From assembly GCA_049274815.1 (NCBI GenBank), contig JBASTI010000018.1, forward strand, positions 1 through 32,030: a stretch of DNA of 32,030 nucleotides, in the 5' to 3' direction. Shown piece by piece: positions 30,363 through 32,030 of this stretch (within the stretch, counting starts at the first letter, position 1; each line of letters opens with the position of its first letter). The notes beneath the pieces were generated by a model. It was given only the letters and a program-made list of their open reading frames with translations, was not told the origin of the DNA and did not search any database. The DNA is from Candidatus Spechtbacterales bacterium. GTDB taxonomy: Bacteria > Patescibacteriota > Minisyncoccia > Spechtbacterales > HO2-43-30. The position numbers were made by a program, and so were the translations under genes.

Positions 30363-32030
30363 TTATTGTTTGGGCCCGCCTCGACTCGCCCTGGCGAGGC
30401 TGGGCCAGTATTCTACTAAAAGCATAGACTTTTTCTTTAACGGCAATGTTTGATAAATTTCCTCTGTGATAAATGGAATAAAGGGATGCAATAATTTCAA
30501 AGTTTCGACAAGCACAAATACAAGAACCTTTTCGTTTTTTTGTTTTTTGCTTTTTTCTATGTACACATCAGCAAAGTCATGCCAGACAAAGTCATACAAC
30601 GCATGTGCCGCCTGCCCAAATTTGTATTTTTCAATATTTTTATCGACAACTCCAGTGGTTCTTTTTAGTTTCGCCAATATTTTTTTATCATTTTGGGATT
30701 TGTCTCCCTGCGGGAGATCCCCCGTAGGGGGAGAGTCGGGAATTTGAAGCAAGATATAGCGCGCTATATTCCAGAGTTTGTTGCAAAACTTTCTTCCCGC
30801 AACTATATGATCCTCCGCGAATCTGATATCTTGTCCTCCCATCGCTTGGTATATCATGCCAAAGCGGGTGGCATCCGCGCCATATTTTTCTATAAGGAGA
30901 AGCGGATCAACTCCTGTGCCGAGCGACTTTGACATTCTCTGTCCTGTATTCGTAAGTACTGTCGCGTGAATAATTACGTCGCTGAACGGCTTTTTGCCAA
31001 GAAACTCATAAGAAGAAAAAATCATTCTTGTCACCCACAAGTTTATTATACCCCTATCTGTTATCATCACTTGCGTTGGATAAAAAACCCCAAGATCTTT
31101 AGCGTCTTTCCGGGGCCATCCAAGAGCGGCAAACGGCCAAAGCGCGCTCGAAAACCACGTGTCCAGCACATCCTCGACTCCTTCTAGCGGTATTTTATGT
31201 CCCCACCAAAGCTGCCGTGAAATGTTCCAATCCTTAATATTTTTTAGCCAATCCAGATAAACTTTTTCCCAGCGCTTCGGAACAAATTTTATCTCTCCGC
31301 TTTTCACGGCTTTTATCGCGGTTTTGGCAAGGTCGGCCATTTTCAGAAACCATTGTTCGCTCGCGAGCGGCTCAATTGTGGAGTTGCATCTAGCGCAGTG
31401 GGGAACTTGGTGAGTAAAATCTTCTTCTTTCTCAAGCAAACCTTGCGCGCGAATCTCCGCGATAACTTTTTCGCGGCACTCTCTTATATTGAGGCCGTTG
31501 CATATTGCTCCCGCCTCTTTGGTCATTCGGCCCATCTCGTTTATTATTTTATATTGCGGCAACTTGTGTCTTTGCGCTATTTCCCAGTCGTTAAAATCGT
31601 GAAGAGGCGTTACTTTTACCGCGCCGGTGCCAAATTTGGGGTCAACTGCCTCATCGGCAATTATTGGAATTTCCCGATTTTGAATGGGCAGAATAACAGT
31701 TTGGCCGATTAAATCCTTATATCGTTCATCCTTGGGGTTCACAGCCACCGCTGCGTCCCCAAGCATGGTTTCGGGGCGAGTTGTGGCGACAACTATAAAC
31801 TTAGGGGGGGTTATGTTTTTTATGGGATATCTAATAAACCAAAGTTTCCCCTTCTCTTCCTTGTGCTCCAGCTCCAAATCCGAAATCGAAGTGCCGCACC
31901 GTACGCACCAGTTTACAACCCTCAATCCCTTATAAATCCAGCCCTTTTTGTAGTAATGCTCAAATGCCGCATCCACCGCCGTCATATAATCCTTGTCCAT
32001 GGTAAATCGCAAGCGCGACCAGTCGCAGGA
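30363..32030 (-). CDS. valS: Valyl-tRNA synthetase (N-terminus outside the window)
   Basis: The reading frame is open to the window edge (..SCDWSRLRFTMDKDY..). VVNWCVRCGTSISDLE, editing-domain block TTRPETMLGD, KMSKS variant QRMSKSLGT, and an anticodon-binding region. The HIGH motif lies beyond 32030. Confidence 0.95.
   Translation of the reverse strand, partial: SCDWSRLRFTMDKDYMTAVDAAFEHYYKKGWIYKGLRVVNWCVRCGTSISDLELEHKEEKGKLWFIRYPIKNITPPKFIVVATTRPETMLGDAAVAVNPKDERYKDLIGQTVILPIQNREIPIIADEAVDPKFGTGAVKVTPLHDFNDWEIAQRHKLPQYKIINEMGRMTKEAGAICNGLNIRECREKVIAEIRAQGLLEKEEDFTHQVPHCARCNSTIEPLASEQWFLKMADLAKTAIKAVKSGEIKFVPKRWEKVYLDWLKNIKDWNISRQLWWGHKIPLEGVEDVLDTWFSSALWPFAALGWPRKDAKDLGVFYPTQVMITDRGIINLWVTRMIFSSYEFLGKKPFSDVIIHATVLTNTGQRMSKSLGTGVDPLLLIEKYGADATRFGMIYQAMGGQDIRFAEDHIVAGRKFCNKLWNIARYILLQIPDSPPTGDLPQGDKSQNDKKILAKLKRTTGVVDKNIEKYKFGQAAHALYDFVWHDFADVYIEKSKKQKNEKVLVFVLVETLKLLHPFIPFITEEIYQTLPLKKKSMLLVEYWPSLARASRGGPKQ

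Noticed and set aside
1-32030. Searched intergenic gaps by eye for tRNA, rRNA, tmRNA or SRP RNA genes and CRISPR repeats. The gaps were 139-616, 11268-11385, 13354-13419, 14761-15012, 16794-16912, 19741-19866, 21472-21569 and 24375-24409.
   Set aside because: I saw no cloverleaf-compatible sequence, no T-loop GTTCGAATC-type motif, and no regularly spaced direct repeats. Only hairpins and terminators were seen. A covariance-model scan would be needed to be definitive.
1-32030. Possibility of an alternative genetic code (UGA = Gly, as in some candidate-phylum bacteria).
   Set aside because: TGA terminates several conserved genes at their expected lengths: the response regulator, the C-permease, ruvA, the Mur ligase and the 446-aa gene. 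Start codons of the next genes overlap or abut these stops. The standard bacterial code fits.

Overview
This is a gene-dense 32-kb bacterial chromosomal segment with about 30 CDS and short or overlapping intergenic gaps. It reads cleanly with the standard code: TGA terminates well-conserved genes at their expected lengths. By eye I found no rRNA, tRNA, CRISPR array, integrase or transposase.

Gene content in order:
- The 3' end of a glycine-rich protein.
- An RHH/RelE-family toxin-antitoxin pair, then tsaE.
- A polA that lacks the 3'-5' exonuclease domain and carries a 61-bp GC-rich hairpin in frame in the inter-domain linker.
- A co-directional sensory cluster: stand-alone FIST protein, membrane-anchored LivK-type binding protein, Cache-HAMP histidine kinase, REC-REC regulator with no output domain, and a DUF3048-like protein.
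- holA, rpsT and uvrB.
- A divergent group of orphan exported proteins with a TlpA-like thioredoxin lipoprotein.
- An Opp/Dpp-type peptide ABC importer in non-canonical order: permease C, binding lipoprotein, an S41 protease lipoprotein on its own promoter and terminators, permease B, and a fused double ATPase.
- ruvA.
- A cell-envelope cluster: FemAB-like protein, DMT-like membrane protein, GH-A-like hydrolase, and an N-terminally short MurE-like ligase.
- On the minus strand, tightly packed valS-prsW-hsp20.

The compact style, with reduced polA, holA and Mur ligase and FemAB next to a Mur ligase, is reminiscent of small-genome uncultivated lineages such as Patescibacteria/CPR. That is inference only.

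I do not recognise any known defence system. The best second-look candidates are:
- the FIST/binding-protein/kinase/REC-REC module;
- the orphan exported proteins coupled to a thioredoxin;
- the protease-containing peptide importer;
- the in-frame GC-rich palindromes in polA and valS.

All functional calls rest on motif recognition by eye. No searches were run.
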